64,000 bases of DNA from Adineta vaga (Eukaryota > Animalia > Rotifera): the NCBI GenBank assembly GCA_021613535.1, contig CP075494.1:4774001-4838000 (forward strand), written 5' to 3'. The notes beneath the pieces are model-generated. The model ran no database searches. It saw nothing but the letters and a program-made list of their open reading frames with translations, and had not been told where the DNA came from. Both the position numbers and the translations under genes were made by a program. Positions 37,315 to 50,515 of this stretch are shown piece by piece (the first letter of the stretch is position 1; each line of letters starts with the position of its first letter).

Positions 37315-38202
37315 TTAATTTAAACTTTTTTTCAAAACATCAGTAATGGATACTTTGCCTTGAATTCGAACGAATTTGCTATCTTCTGTCCAACGAATTG
37401 TATTATCATCGAATCCGTTGACCATTTCAATCCAATTATCAACTGTAATTTTTGGCCATCCGAATTTACCACAAAGTTCTCGTATATTATCATCTGTCAT
37501 CGGAGCTGCTGGTACAGATTTTCCTAAAACATCACTAAGTGCCTTTGCAATATCATTTGGACTATATGGTTCAGGTCCTTCTAATTCAATGATAACCAAT
37601 TTATCAACGTTATCTTGTGGTTTCGTCATATATTCACTCACAACCCGACCAATATCATTTGTAGCAATATGTGGAATTTTTCGATCTAGTTTTTGTAACA
37701 TTGAACCAAGAACTGGTGAATGTCCTGCTTTGACTGCTGATGCAGCAGCTAACCAATTTTCAGTGAACCATGCACATCGAACAATGACGACTTGTGGTGC
37801 ACTTTCTCTTAATGCTTCTTCAAGTCTATGTGTTGTCAGAATACATCCTGTTTTCGTACTTCTTTCTGCACCAACTGAACTAAGTACAACAACACGTTCG
37901 ACTTTTGCCGCTTTGATAGCTGTAGCTAAAGTTTGACTAACATTTCCCGCTGCAACTTGCATATCAGGCTTATCATACGCTGGCGGATTCATTGCAAAAA
38001 CAGCTTTTGCTCCTTGAAATGCTTTCGTCAAGTTCTCAACATCGGTTAAATCAGCAATAGTCACTTGAATATGACGAGCTCGAAATGATTGTGCTTTATC
38101 TTCTGAACGTATTATCACATGAACAGAAACTGATTGTACAAGAAGATAATCAACAACATAAGAACCTACTTGACCAGTTGCACCAGTTACAACGTATGAC
38201 AT
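37315..38202 (-). CDS. NmrA-like atypical SDR NAD(P)H-binding protein, intronless, bacterial-type
   Basis: VTGATGQVG Rossmann motif, VVLSSVGA, WFTENW, IATNDIG, LEGPEPYSPNDIA. Confidence 0.9.
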   Translation of the reverse strand: MSYVVTGATGQVGSYVVDYLLVQSVSVHVIIRSEDKAQSFRARHIQVTIADLTDVENLTKAFQGAKAVFAMNPPAYDKPDMQVAAGNVSQTLATAIKAAKVERVVVLSSVGAERSTKTGCILTTHRLEEALRESAPQVVIVRCAWFTENWLAAASAVKAGHSPVLGSMLQKLDRKIPHIATNDIGRVVSEYMTKPQDNVDKLVIIELEGPEPYSPNDIAKALSDVLGKSVPAAPMTDDNIRELCGKFGWPKITVDNWIEMVNGFDDNTIRWTEDSKFVRIQGKVSITDVLKKSLN

Positions 38203-38588
38203 ATCGAGCTTGCTGTTTAACGCAACGTATTATTTGAGTAAGAGAGACATATGTTGCCTTTTTATAGTAAATCCATTTTTTTTCTTTTCCTTTCGTTGAT
38301 AAAATCACCTACACAGTTTTTTCATATTTGGTTAACTACATAAGCAAGTATATGTGTGTTGTGACAGAAATTGACATTTTTGAATTAAGAAAAATAATTG
38401 AAGATGAAAAAATACATGACGATGCATTTTAGTTTCTTTTTTTTCGCATCGTCATGTTATTTCTCAATCAATATTTATCTCTATTCTAGTATTTGAAATG
38501 TATCAGACACGTGAAATACAGATCTTATTTATTAAAGGTAAAATATGGCAAATAATACATGATGATTGTTATATTTTACTCTTTTGAT

Positions 38589-39975
38589 TTAATCCTCAGC
38601 ATCCGTATCTGGCTGAGATATAATTACAAGTTCATGTTTATGTCCTTTTTCTTTACACGCTAAACAGAGATCAAAATCAGAGCATATCTCACAGTGAAAT
38701 CGTTGACCAATCAATGGTAGCATTTCACAACCATCACATGCGATAGATGACCAGATAAATTCGTCTGGAACTCTAGGAATCTTTTCACCTTTGCACCAAG
38801 TTTGAATAGCTTGAATACCATTATTTTCAATATATTTACATCCTGACTTCGTCAGTAATTCTCCAGTCGGTTTAAGAACAATGAATGCTGGAATATTCTT
38901 AACAGAAAAATAATTTTTTAGTTGCAATTGAGTTATTTGATTTTCAAATGGCAATGCTCTCCAAGGCATTTTGCCATATAATTTATCAAATGATTTCTGA
39001 TTGTCATCAGCAGAAATCAAAATAATATCAAATGGTAGATTAAGTTTCAGCGCTCTTTGATACAATTCAATTAAAGTTGAAGTCAAACTTGAACACGATA
39101 TTATCCAATCAGCGGCAAAATAAAGGCCTATGCATTTGTTTTCTAACGATTCCATGGTTATTTGTTCATTATTCTTCCCAATTAATGTATTTTTACTGAA
39201 TATTTGTTCTACGGAATAAATTTTCTTTGGCGACCAAAATTCAATCAATTCATGTTGATGTGTATTTCCTTTTGAATAACAACTGTCACAAATATCATAA
39301 CCACATTCTCGATTGAAACAACCAAAACGTGAACCGATTAAAGGTTTCATATAACATTCATGACAATACGTGTATGTCCAAATATAATCTTCAGAACTTA
39401 TCGGTTCTTTGTTCCAATAAATCGTTTCTCCGTTTGTCCATTTTTCTAATGATTTCGCCAGTTGAAATTCTTCATCACCGTTAAACGTCAAGACTTCACC
39501 GTCAGATTTGAGAATAATTAAAGATGGAATATCTTGAATTCGATAATGATGATTTAATTTTTTTGCTCGATCACGATCTATTTCATACGAAAGGAATTAT
39601 TTAGTCATCGAAATTGAAACAAACCAGTTACCTTCATAAGGTAATGCTTTCCATGGCATATCTTGATAGTATTCAGCAAATGATTCTTCATCGCTATCAG
39701 CCGATATGAAGACAATGTCAAATAACAAATGACGATTTTCATTGAATGCATCTAGGTAAGTTTTAGATAATGTAGTTGTGAAATTTCGACACCGAGCGCA
39801 CCATTGGGCACTGATACAAATAATTACATTTTTATGTTACATTATAAAAACAAAGAAATTATACTTACGAAAAATATAAACCAATAGTTTTATTCTTTAA
39901 TTCATCAATATGAATATCAGTAGATTGAGTATTACTCAATAATCTGTTACCCAGAATCATGTTTAGTGTAGTCAT
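38589..39975 (-). CDS. Nucleoredoxin/tryparedoxin-like protein, Trx-ZZ-Trx-ZZ; exons 39975-39869, 39810-39632, 39577-38589
   Basis: GLYFS|AQWCARC, DIVFISAD, MPWKALPY. Second Trx GLYFAADWIISC. Two ZZ-type Cys/His fingers (CHEC...CDSC...HQH; CDGC...CEIC...CLAC...HKH). Confidence 0.88.
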
Positions 39976-40231
39976 GTTTGACACTTCAACGTTGTCAAAT
40001 CGAGTACGAGTAATTTTCTTTTTTTCCTATTCATTATTATTCATTATTGACATAAGCAGAAAAAGGTAAGCATGATATTTAAGAATTTTTATTCTAAAAC
40101 GGAAAAAAACAGCACAGAAAAGAAACTGTAAATGTGAGAGTAAGAGAACCGTATTTATTGACTAAACACTACTTATACTTCTATTATATTCTAGATAGAA
40201 CTATATCGACTATTTTATTCATCAGTTATCA

Positions 40232-43078
40232 ATGACCGCACATACAATAAAAATAATCTGGTACGACGTAGATCCTATCGACGAAAATGTTTACCATCAT
40301 TTAACAAATTCTATCTTTCATTATTATAATGATCAACTCAAATGTGTTGGATATATTTCATCATTGCTCAAAAGTGAAATTATATTTTTAATATCTTCTC
40401 CTTCGTCTATAGTTGAAATTTTACCAGAAATTCATGGATTAAGACAGTTAGATACTGTATTCATCTATTCGCGAGAACATGACTATCGAATAGAGAAAGA
40501 TTTCTTGGATAAATATTCGAAAATCATTGGAATATTCGATCGATTAGCCGATTTGTTTCAATCAATCGAGGAGAACTTTGATTTAGCAAAAAAACAAAGT
40601 GAATCATTTCGCTTCTATGAGCAACATCAGAAATCAACTCGTGATTTATCGAACGAATCAGGTTCATTTCTATGGTTACGTTTATTCAAAGATATGATTT
40701 TGAAATTACCTCATGATCAACAAGCAAAACAAGAAATGATCGATAAATTAAAAGAATTTTATCGTAATAATAATCATCAATTGAAATTAATTGAAAAATT
40801 TTCACAAAATTACAAATCAGAAGATGCTATTTCTTGTTATACAGGTCAACCATTTTTATATAAACAACTTAATCGTGCTTTACGAACTGAAGATATTGAA
40901 TTACTTTACAAATTTCGTTATTTTATCTCTGATCTTTCAAAAAATCTCTTTCAAGAACATCTATTATTAAAACAAACATTGGATGGCAAATTGAAATTTT
41001 ATCGCGGAGTGAAATTAGCAAATGATGAAGCAAAAAAGTTAAAAGATAATGTTGGACAGCTTATATCAACGAATGGTTATTTTTCTACAAGTTTTTTGAA
41101 AGAAATTGCTTTAGCATTTGCAGATAAATCAACAGAAAATGAAACAAGTACTTTGTTTGATATCGAATGTGACCTTGGATGTGTCGATTCGGTTATAATG
41201 GCTTCAATAGCTCATTTAAGTACAAATCAAACCGAAGAAGAGGTTCTGTTCGATTTGGATGCAGCATTTGAAATTCTATCCGTAACTAGAGATCTGTCAT
41301 CAAATATTTTAGTAGTAAAAATGAAAGCGACTGATGAAGGAGCAACACTTGCAAAGGAACATATTCGAGAACATGATAGACAATTACTAGGAATACACCC
41401 TGTTCTATTATTCGGGCGCCTTCTTGGTGATATTGGTCAATATGAGAAATTGAAAGAATATTTTCATCGTTTAGAAGCGAATCCAAACGGACAGGATCCT
41501 GCCTCTATTCATCACTATTTGGGCGATGGTTATTTCTACGAAGGAAACTATGAAAGAGCTCTAAAATATTATCAAGATGCGTATGATATGATGATCAATG
41601 CCAAACCATCACGTGATTTTGCTTCGACATTTCCATTAGCTCAAATAGGCGCAATTTTCAGTTTGAAAGGGGACCAAGACAAAGCTTTAGAATATCATAT
41701 ACGTGCGTTTGAAATTCGAAAAATTCATTTGGAGCATGCCTCTTTAACAAGATCAATGGAAACTATTGGATTAATTTATCATAGACAAGGTAAGTACGAT
41801 CAAGCATTGAAATATTTGAAATCATCACTTGAAATACGAGAAGCGTATCTTCCTAGTGAACATAAAGACATTGCTCGTTTACTGAGCAATATTGCTTCTG
41901 TCTATAATGCTATGGATCAATTAGATACTGCATTGGAATATAATGAACGAAGTTTGAAAATCAACAAAAAATGTTTGCCTGGGGGACACAATAATATTGC
42001 CTCAGATTTGAGCAGTATTGGATCAATTTTATCTGATCAAGGACGATATGATGAGGCTTTGGAATATCATCAAAAAGCTCTACAAATTCGTGAAAATATC
42101 TTTCTTAATGGACATTTGAACATTGCGTCAGATTTACGTTATATTGGATATATTTATTATCAAAAACAAAACTATTCACTTTCTCTTAGTTATTTCGAAA
42201 GAGCTTTGAATATCCGAGATGTTTCGTTTCCCGATGTGAAAGATTGGACTTTAGTACGTATTCTAAATCACTATGGACATGTTTATGTAAAATTACACGA
42301 ATATGAGAAAGCATTGACCTATCACTTACGTGCACTTAAAGTTACCGAAGAAATATTTCCTACCGGACACTCGAGTATTACAGATTGTTTGACTGATATT
42401 GGTATTGTTTATCGTCATATGAATAGTTATACGAAAGCATTTGAATATTATAAAAGAGCTATTCAAAATGAAGAACAAAATTGTGCAGAAACAAGTTGGA
42501 TCCGTATTGCTAGAAATTATGATAGTATGGGTATTTGTTTATTCAAGCAAGATGATGAAGAAAATGGAATTACATATCGATTATTGGCAGTAAGAATTCT
42601 CGATAAAGTTTATCCTCGTTTACAACATGCGAAAGTTGTTGATTCAATTGGAGATATATGTTTTGTTAAAGAAATGTACGATGATGCTTTAGAATGTTAT
42701 TGTATCAGTTTAAATATCAAATTAAAATATAAGAAGACGAAAAATGATATTGATTTAGCTGAAACTCTACAAAATATTGGAGATGTTTATTTCGAAAAAG
42801 AAACAGAAGAACATTGGAAAAGCAATGAACAACATCAAATTAAAGCGAGATTTTATTATGAAAAGGCACTGACTATTTATCTAACACAGAAACATGAAAA
42901 GGCCATTCATATTCTAAATCATATTGGATCAATTTATGAAAATATAAGTAAATACCATCTTGCACTTCAATATTACAGACAAGCAATAGCAATAGCAGAA
43001 AAGGATTTTCCTTCAGACGATGCTATTAAAGAAACAAGTATTGATAGTATTGCTCGAGTGAAATGGTTGTTACGCTAA
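40232..43078 (+). CDS. ART domain + TPR array protein (948 aa, intronless)
   Basis: FYRG / FSTS / EEEVLF catalytic signature, followed by more than 10 kinesin-light-chain-like TPRs (GxYDxALxYxxxxLxI). Confidence 0.9.
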   Translation: MTAHTIKIIWYDVDPIDENVYHHLTNSIFHYYNDQLKCVGYISSLLKSEIIFLISSPSSIVEILPEIHGLRQLDTVFIYSREHDYRIEKDFLDKYSKIIGIFDRLADLFQSIEENFDLAKKQSESFRFYEQHQKSTRDLSNESGSFLWLRLFKDMILKLPHDQQAKQEMIDKLKEFYRNNNHQLKLIEKFSQNYKSEDAISCYTGQPFLYKQLNRALRTEDIELLYKFRYFISDLSKNLFQEHLLLKQTLDGKLKFYRGVKLANDEAKKLKDNVGQLISTNGYFSTSFLKEIALAFADKSTENETSTLFDIECDLGCVDSVIMASIAHLSTNQTEEEVLFDLDAAFEILSVTRDLSSNILVVKMKATDEGATLAKEHIREHDRQLLGIHPVLLFGRLLGDIGQYEKLKEYFHRLEANPNGQDPASIHHYLGDGYFYEGNYERALKYYQDAYDMMINAKPSRDFASTFPLAQIGAIFSLKGDQDKALEYHIRAFEIRKIHLEHASLTRSMETIGLIYHRQGKYDQALKYLKSSLEIREAYLPSEHKDIARLLSNIASVYNAMDQLDTALEYNERSLKINKKCLPGGHNNIASDLSSIGSILSDQGRYDEALEYHQKALQIRENIFLNGHLNIASDLRYIGYIYYQKQNYSLSLSYFERALNIRDVSFPDVKDWTLVRILNHYGHVYVKLHEYEKALTYHLRALKVTEEIFPTGHSSITDCLTDIGIVYRHMNSYTKAFEYYKRAIQNEEQNCAETSWIRIARNYDSMGICLFKQDDEENGITYRLLAVRILDKVYPRLQHAKVVDSIGDICFVKEMYDDALECYCISLNIKLKYKKTKNDIDLAETLQNIGDVYFEKETEEHWKSNEQHQIKARFYYEKALTIYLTQKHEKAIHILNHIGSIYENISKYHLALQYYRQAIAIAEKDFPSDDAIKETSIDSIARVKWLLR

Positions 43079-43394
43079 TTTATCAACACACGTTTCTTTT
43101 TATTTAATAAAAGCTTCAAAAGAGTGCGTAATCTATTGACAACTATTTCTATTCTACATTATAGTCATACGCATAAATGAGTCATGTTAAAGCAATGAAT
43201 GACTCAACATCTGTTGATGTGATAAATAGAAAGAAAAAAGACATAATACATTCTTGCACAACATTCTTGGTCGTTATTGGTCAAAGTAACATAAACATAT
43301 AGTGATATAACTTCTTCATAAAAATACACTTTTTTTGAAATGAACAATACAGTATAAGAAAATATCTGAATTTCTTTTTCTCTCCTCATTGTAG

Positions 43395-46300
43395 ATGACT
43401 ACAAAAATAGATGTCTCTATCAATTCAAATATTCGACATTGTGTCAATTGTCGACATATATTTCGACACGGTGAACATTGGTTCAATTGTCCTACATGTA
43501 TTAATTACAATCTATGTCAAATATGTAAAGTAACAAATTTATCAACACATATTCATCATCTAGTTTGTAAATATGCGATTGATTATGGATTAGAAAAGAT
43601 ATGTACGAGAATCGATATGGCCAGTCGAATTTTAACTGCAATTGATTTCAATTGGCAAAAACCATGTTTAGGTATGAGAGACAAGTCTAGTACAGATTCA
43701 AATGAATATATCAATTCATATTCATGGCAAACGTTTACAACAGTTGGTGATAGAATCAAGCAATTTAGTTATGGATTGCAACGTTTAATTCAACCACGTG
43801 AATATTTAGGTATTTGTTCAGCAAATCGTCCAGAATGGGTTATTGCTGATTTTGCCTGTATTTTACAAGGTATTATTAGTGTACCGATCTATTGTCGATT
43901 AAGTAATCATGATTTTATTTTTATTCTAAACAATACACGTATCTCAATTATTGTTTGTGATCAAGAAATGTTATTAAGATTTATTCAAATTCATTCACAA
44001 TGTTCAACATTACGTCATCTCATCTGTATGGATCCTATTCCTAAAACTATTTCTGGTAAATTATATACTTTGTACAGATGCTCATACCAATCAAATAAAT
44101 ATTTATCATTCTATTTTTGTAGGAGTGAATGGTCTTTCTATTCATGATATGAATGATATTGAAAACAACAGTTCTAATCAATTACAGGAATATGTTATTC
44201 GTGAATCTGGTGATTGTGTAACGATTGTGTATACAAGTGGAAGTTCAGGATTTCCTAAAGGAGCTATACTCTCCGAAAAAGTCTATCGAGCAACTTATCC
44301 GATACGAACTATATCAGCCAATGAAGAACGTGTTCGATTTTGTTATCGTCCATTAGCATGGATAACTGATCGTAAAGGTATTTTGGCGACATTTTTGGAA
44401 GGAGGATCTACTGGATTTTCTACGAATAATGTCACTCGATTAATGGAAGAATTAACTTTGATTGCACCAACATTTTTCTCAGCACCACCAACATTTTGGA
44501 ATAAGATCTATTCAGAATTTCATCTTGCTCTCTCATTAACAGCGACTGAAAATGAAGAACATCTGTATGAACAATTTTCTAAATTAATTCCTGTACGATG
44601 TCGAGTGATTTCTATTGGTGGTGCAATGGTTAGTCCAACTGTATTGAAATTCATCGAACGATGTTTTCGACATTGTAAAATAGTCGAAGCGTATGGAACA
44701 ACAGAATGTGGAAGAATTACATTCAATTATAATTTTTTGAGAACAATGATTGATTATCGTCTTGAATCAATCAAAGAAATGGGATATACCGTTGATGATC
44801 AACCATATGCACGTGGTGAATTACTTGTTAAAACGACTCAACTATTTTCGGGATATATAAATAATGTTGAAGAAACACAAGCTGCATTAACTGACGATGG
44901 ATTTTTTCGTACAGGTGATATTGTTGAATTACGTGGTGAAACCAACGGTCAGCCTGATATACATATCATTGATCGAAAGAAAAATTTCTTTAAACTCGCT
45001 CAAGGACAATTTGTATCACCTGAATCTCTCGAATGTATCTATTTACAAAGTTTATTTATCGATCAAATCTATATCTATGGTAATGGTCTTGATAATTGTG
45101 TTAAAGCAGTTATCGTACCAAATAAAGAGTATACTCAGCGATTTCTTGATAAACATCATTTACCTGAGATTGATCCTCATCAGCCGTATGAATTATTTTA
45201 TGACGCAATTATGAATGATCTACATACCATTGCTATGAAAGAATCACTTCAAAAGTATGAAGTTCCATCGAAAATAATTCTTGAATTTCAACCATTCACA
45301 CCAGAAAATGGTCTATTAACACTGTCCATGAAACTTTGTCGTTATAAATTAGCAAGACATTATGCAGATCGATTGAAAGATGAGAAAACAATTGATGATC
45401 GATTAAAAGATATGATCAAACAAATAACTGGACAACAACTCACGATAGAGAAAAATGATCATATTTTTATGACAATGGGTGAAGATTCACTGACACGTTT
45501 ACGTCTCTCACATATGATTCGGAATGATTTAGGTGTATCCATACCACTTCATTTCCTATTTCAATCAGATATGACATTAGAACGATTAACTAACTTCATT
45601 AAAGATCCTTTGCCAATAAAAACATCTGCTACAGAATCTATCATACCGCAACTATTGAACGATGCTGAACTTGATTTGAATATTACAGTGAAAGAATGTC
45701 GAATTAAACCTCTATTTCCAACAAATGTTTTCCTTACAGGAGCAACTGGATATATCGGTGCTTTTCTTCTTGCTGAAATGATTCGAATATATCCTAAGAA
45801 TTGCAAGTTTACATGTTTAGTTCGATGTAAATCTTCAACAACGAATCCTTTAGATCGTATACAAGAAACGATGATCTTTCTTCAATTATGGAATGCAATT
45901 TATCAAGAACGAATTGTCGCTTTATGTGGTGATCTTGCTGAAGATAATTTTGGATTAGATACCAAAACATATACAGATCTTGCAGAACAAATGGATCTAA
46001 TCGTTCATTGTGGTGCAGTAGTTAACTTTGTCTTACCATACAATACACTCCGTCGTCCAAATGTATGTGGTACTCGTGAAGTTATTCGATTTGCATGTCA
46101 TGCTTCCACTTGTATTCCCATACAATATATATCAACAATGAGTATTTTACCTCATGGAATTGTAAACGAGATATCGATTGACAATATTTCTCCAGATCAT
46201 CTTAGAAATGGTTATGCACAGAGTAAATGGGTAGCAGAAAAGTTGATTGCAAAAGTTGAACATCTTGGTCTTCCAGTTGTTATTTATCGACTCGGATCTA

Positions 46301-46788
46301 TTGGCGCTCATACGCAAACAGGTGCTTGTAATCGACATGATTTGAATACATTGTTAGTCAGTACAATTATGAAGATGGGGTGCTATCCCGAAACATTAGT
46401 TAAAAGAAAACTAAAGGAATTACCAGTTGATATTGCTGTTCAAAATATTCTTTCACTAGATCATATTCGATCAGATAATTACGGAAAGATTTATCATGTA
46501 GGAAATATAAATAATGAAATCCTATTTTATAATGTTATAGAAACCATTCTTAGTTGTGGTATTAAACTTGATAAAATATCGGATGATGAATGGCTAATGA
46601 AATTAATATCAACATCAAATCAGAATGATTCAATGGAGATTATGAGAGAAATCTTTGTACATTACATATTCACACAGAAAGACACGGTATCATTTCAATC
46701 AAGTTTTCGACATTCCGATATTGAAAAATGGATATTATTCATACAGAATAATATTCTAACTTCATCTCATACCAACGATCTTTCGTAA
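43395..46788 (+). CDS. ZZ finger + adenylation + carrier (T) + thioester reductase: carboxylic-acid-reductase / NRPS-like enzyme; intron 44056-44122
   Basis: [29 protein letters not shown]; carrier GEDSL; reductase [21 protein letters not shown]-terminal CxxC-CxxC-CxxC-HxH. Confidence 0.9.
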
Positions 46789-46811
46789 TCTTTGATTCTT
46801 TTGTTTAAATT

Positions 46812-48673
46812 TTATTTATATTTTTGACCTCTTAAATAATCAGTCATTTGTTGTTGTTCTTGCTCATCAAGAGTCTCAGGAAAAAGTGGTGCACCATCTA
46901 TGGCTGATGAGTTTGTCTTGAGAAAATCGTTTCGATGATGAAAGAAATGAATAAGATTTGATGCAACATAGAGTACAATTTCCATTAGAATACAGATGAT
47001 AAACAATGTTGGAAAATGTTTTGGATTATGATCCATTATAAAACCTATAGTTATTAAACAATGCACGATAAATTCATCATTAAGTCAGATGTTTTCCTAC
47101 CAGCTAGTTTTTGAAATATGATTCCACCAAGTGCTGAACCAGAGTAAAGAAACGCAATGAGTGCAGGTGTAAATTTAAGTCGTTCATTAATGAAAGCAAG
47201 TGATAGTGGAAACATTGATGCCATTGCTAAACCAGTAGCAGCACCAAGAATGAGTAAACTCGTACTTGTCAAACCAATGTTCCATACAAAAATAAGCCAT
47301 GTAAATGCGAGACATAAACTGCCAAACCAAATGATATTCAATAGGAAGAAAGTGGAAAAGTAAACAGCAAGAATTGCAATGATTAATCGACCAATCTATA
47401 TCAGAAAAATATTCCTTTCTATCATTCATTGAATAAAAAACAAATCTCGAATATCTACCGAATCTGTTAACCAATACAAAACATTAGTCCAACTAGCAAA
47501 ACTATTCGATAGATTGAATTGATCGGATTTAAGATAGGAAAAGAGAAATGTTGGAAATGTTTGCTCATTTCCACCAATTAATAAGATGTAACAAAAAAAT
47601 ATTATACAAAGTATCAAACCATATTGAAAATGTCCATGACCAATTGTTCGAGGTGAATAGGGTGAAGATACTTCTTCAACTCTCGAAACTTCGCTATTTT
47701 CTTGATTGTCAGATAGTGTACCATAATTAAACTAAACAGTCTCTATGTATCAATATAAACATAAGTCGTTATAATATAATATTACCTTATGTATTTCTAG
47801 TTTTTCTTTTTTGTTTTTCAATTCTCGAATAGAGAAAAACAGATGGCCAATGGCCATCAAAGAGCATAAACTTCCTGTGGTTATATATGGAATACTGATA
47901 TAGAAGCTTGCATTTCTCGTTGAATTCATGACTTCATTACTCGTACTTCTAACTGATGACATATTCTGTGTGAGAAATGGACGAACAAGTAGATTCGCGG
48001 AGAGAGCGCCAATTCCATAGCCTATACGAACAGCATTTAGTGGTGCCACTGAATTAATACCCCACATTGTAAACAAAATATGAGTTCCACCTATATCGCA
48101 AGAAAAGAGTATGTTTTCACTCCATGATCGAATGAGACTTGAACAGTATGTACTGACCTAAATCGGTTAAACTTTGAGAGATTCCTTGAAAGAAAAATAA
48201 GGTACTCATTAATATCATTGATGTAACAAATGGAATAGCGAACGTTACTAAAAGAAAAAAAAAGATCATCAAAAGCAATTGTCTATTTTTTTGGAGTGTG
48301 TGAGAATTTCTTACCGATTGCTGGTAGGATAAATCCACAAATCAAGACAATATACGGATATTTGTCAACAATATCTTGTAGAATAATCCCAAGAATATTT
48401 GTAATAAGATAGCCGAAACTTCGCGTTGCAAGTACTGTACCCATTTCAGTATAGTTAACATTGATGTTTACTGCTAATGTTGGTAATGTTGGACCAATTA
48501 ATTCCAAATGCCAACTCTACATACAAATATAGATAAAAAAAATATTTGTCACTTTCTTAACTTACCATCACAAGCCATGTTAGAAATAGATATCCAGTTT
48601 GAATTAAATTCCAGGGATGAATTAAATAAAGTTTAAAGCCTAGCTGTCGTTGGTTCTGAGATTCGATTAACAT
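46812..48673 (-). CDS. MFS transporter (MFSD4/FucP-like), multi-exon, paralogue 1
   Basis: ELIGPTLPTLA, LTDLGGTH...WG...APLNAVRIGYGIGA, GGNEQTF. Hydrophobic exons separated by about 55-bp introns. Confidence 0.85.
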
Positions 48674-49129
48674 CTACCGCTTTTTTTTTATCGACATTAG
48701 TTATAAAGTAACTTGATAGTATAAAGCAAGGAAAGTACCACCTAACGTTACACCACGTGGTTTTGTAAAATACAGGAATAGACTCGATGCACAAAAAACA
48801 CATCAAATCATCGTTGAGGTATGCACAGAAGATTTTCTTTTTTTCCTCTTCATTACTTTGATTTACCTATACGTTACAAAAAGGTAGAAACTATCGATAT
48901 GCATCATTTCATGTGACAATGACAATACAATTTCGATTCTCTGTTCTATAAAGAGCGCTATATTATCGGTAGTGGAAGCTGTTGCGATGAGAGAAATTCT
49001 TTGTTGATGATAAAAATATATAATATTCGACACAACATAAAGAATTATTATGACATGAATACATATACCATAAGTATTGCAGGAAAGTATAGTTTATGCA
49101 TTATAATCCATAATAATGCCTAGAAAATG

Positions 49130-50515
49130 TTAGATATATAGAAGATATTCATCTCTCAATTCATAAGAATTTTACCAGCTATTTGTCTTAATACAATTCC
49201 TCCGAGTGCATTTTCACATCATAGCGAGCAAAGCAACAAGTACAGGTGTTACATTCAGTCGTTGATTAACAAAACCAATCGATAGAGGAAATGCAGGCGA
49301 AAATAATAGACCAGTTGCTGCGCCAAGTATGAATAGAGTTGTTTGACTCATACCAATTATCACTTCAAAAGTAAACCATGCAGTTGCAAGACTTAAACAA
49401 GCGAACCAAACAATATTCGGAAAAACATATGGTGATAAGCATATAGATAGGATCGCTGCAAAGAATCGACCGATCTATAGGAGAAAAGAAGTCATCCTCT
49501 ATTAGATCAAGGGATTATACATACTGTATTTGTTGACCAAAATAAAAGAGTAGCCCAACTTGCAGCACTATTGGATACATGAAATTGATCGGATTCGAGA
49601 TAAAAGAGAAAAATAATGCTGTAAATGTTTGATCATTTCCAACGACGAAAAGTATATAAAAGAAGAATATGATCGAAAGAATTAAACCATATCGAAAATG
49701 TCCATAACCAAATGTTCGCGGTGAAAATCGAGAAAATTCTTCTTCATTTTTCTGTGGTTGGATATTACCTCTCGACTTGTGAGTTTTTGTTGTTGATATC
49801 TCAGTTCTCGAATAGCGAAGTAGGCACGTCTAACAGCAGTGAGCAGACAGAAAGTTTCTGTGATTGAATACGGAGCAAGAATATTTTAATTTTTTTGTAC
49901 AGCATGATTTAGTACGAGTGTTGTGTTATAAGCATAGAGTTGTTAGTAAGGTTATTTTGTAATATCTCTCGTGAAAGAAATGGATGAACAAGTAAGTTAA
50001 CGAAAAGAACACCGAGAACATAGCCTACACAAGTTGCACTTATAGGTGTTGCTGAATGAACATCCCATATTGTCAATCAAATTTGAGTTCCACATATATC
50101 AGTAGAATCTGATTGAGAGATTCCTTGAAAAAAAACTAAGCCGTATATTAAGAGCAGTGATGTCGTAAATGGAATCACAAACATTGCTAAAGTAAATAAA
50201 TTATTATGAATATATTTTTAATCTCTATACATATTTCTATTTACCAATGGTAGCAAATATAAAGCCACATGCTAAAAGTCCATATGACAATTTTCGAACA
50301 ACTGTTTGTAACATGATATCAAGAATACTCGCAGTTGAATAACCAAAACCTCTTGATACCAGTGCCGAATCCATGCCACAGTAATGAACATGAACATTTG
50401 CAGCAAGATATGACATTGTTGGAGCAATTGCAATTCGATATGGAAAGGCTTAAACAGAAAATAATCGTTCATTTTATTTACTTATTCAATAAAAACATTT
50501 ACTCGATATCAGTAT
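49130..50515 (-). pseudogene. Decayed MFS transporter paralogue 2
   Basis: Collinear homology with both neighbours (GTQI*LTIWDVHSATP, GAATGLLFSPAFPLSIGFVNQRLNVTP) with stops and frameshifts. Ends approximate. Confidence 0.8.

Noticed and set aside
37376-37936. 186-aa antisense ORF
   Set aside because: Shadow of the NmrA codons, no ATG start, no domain.
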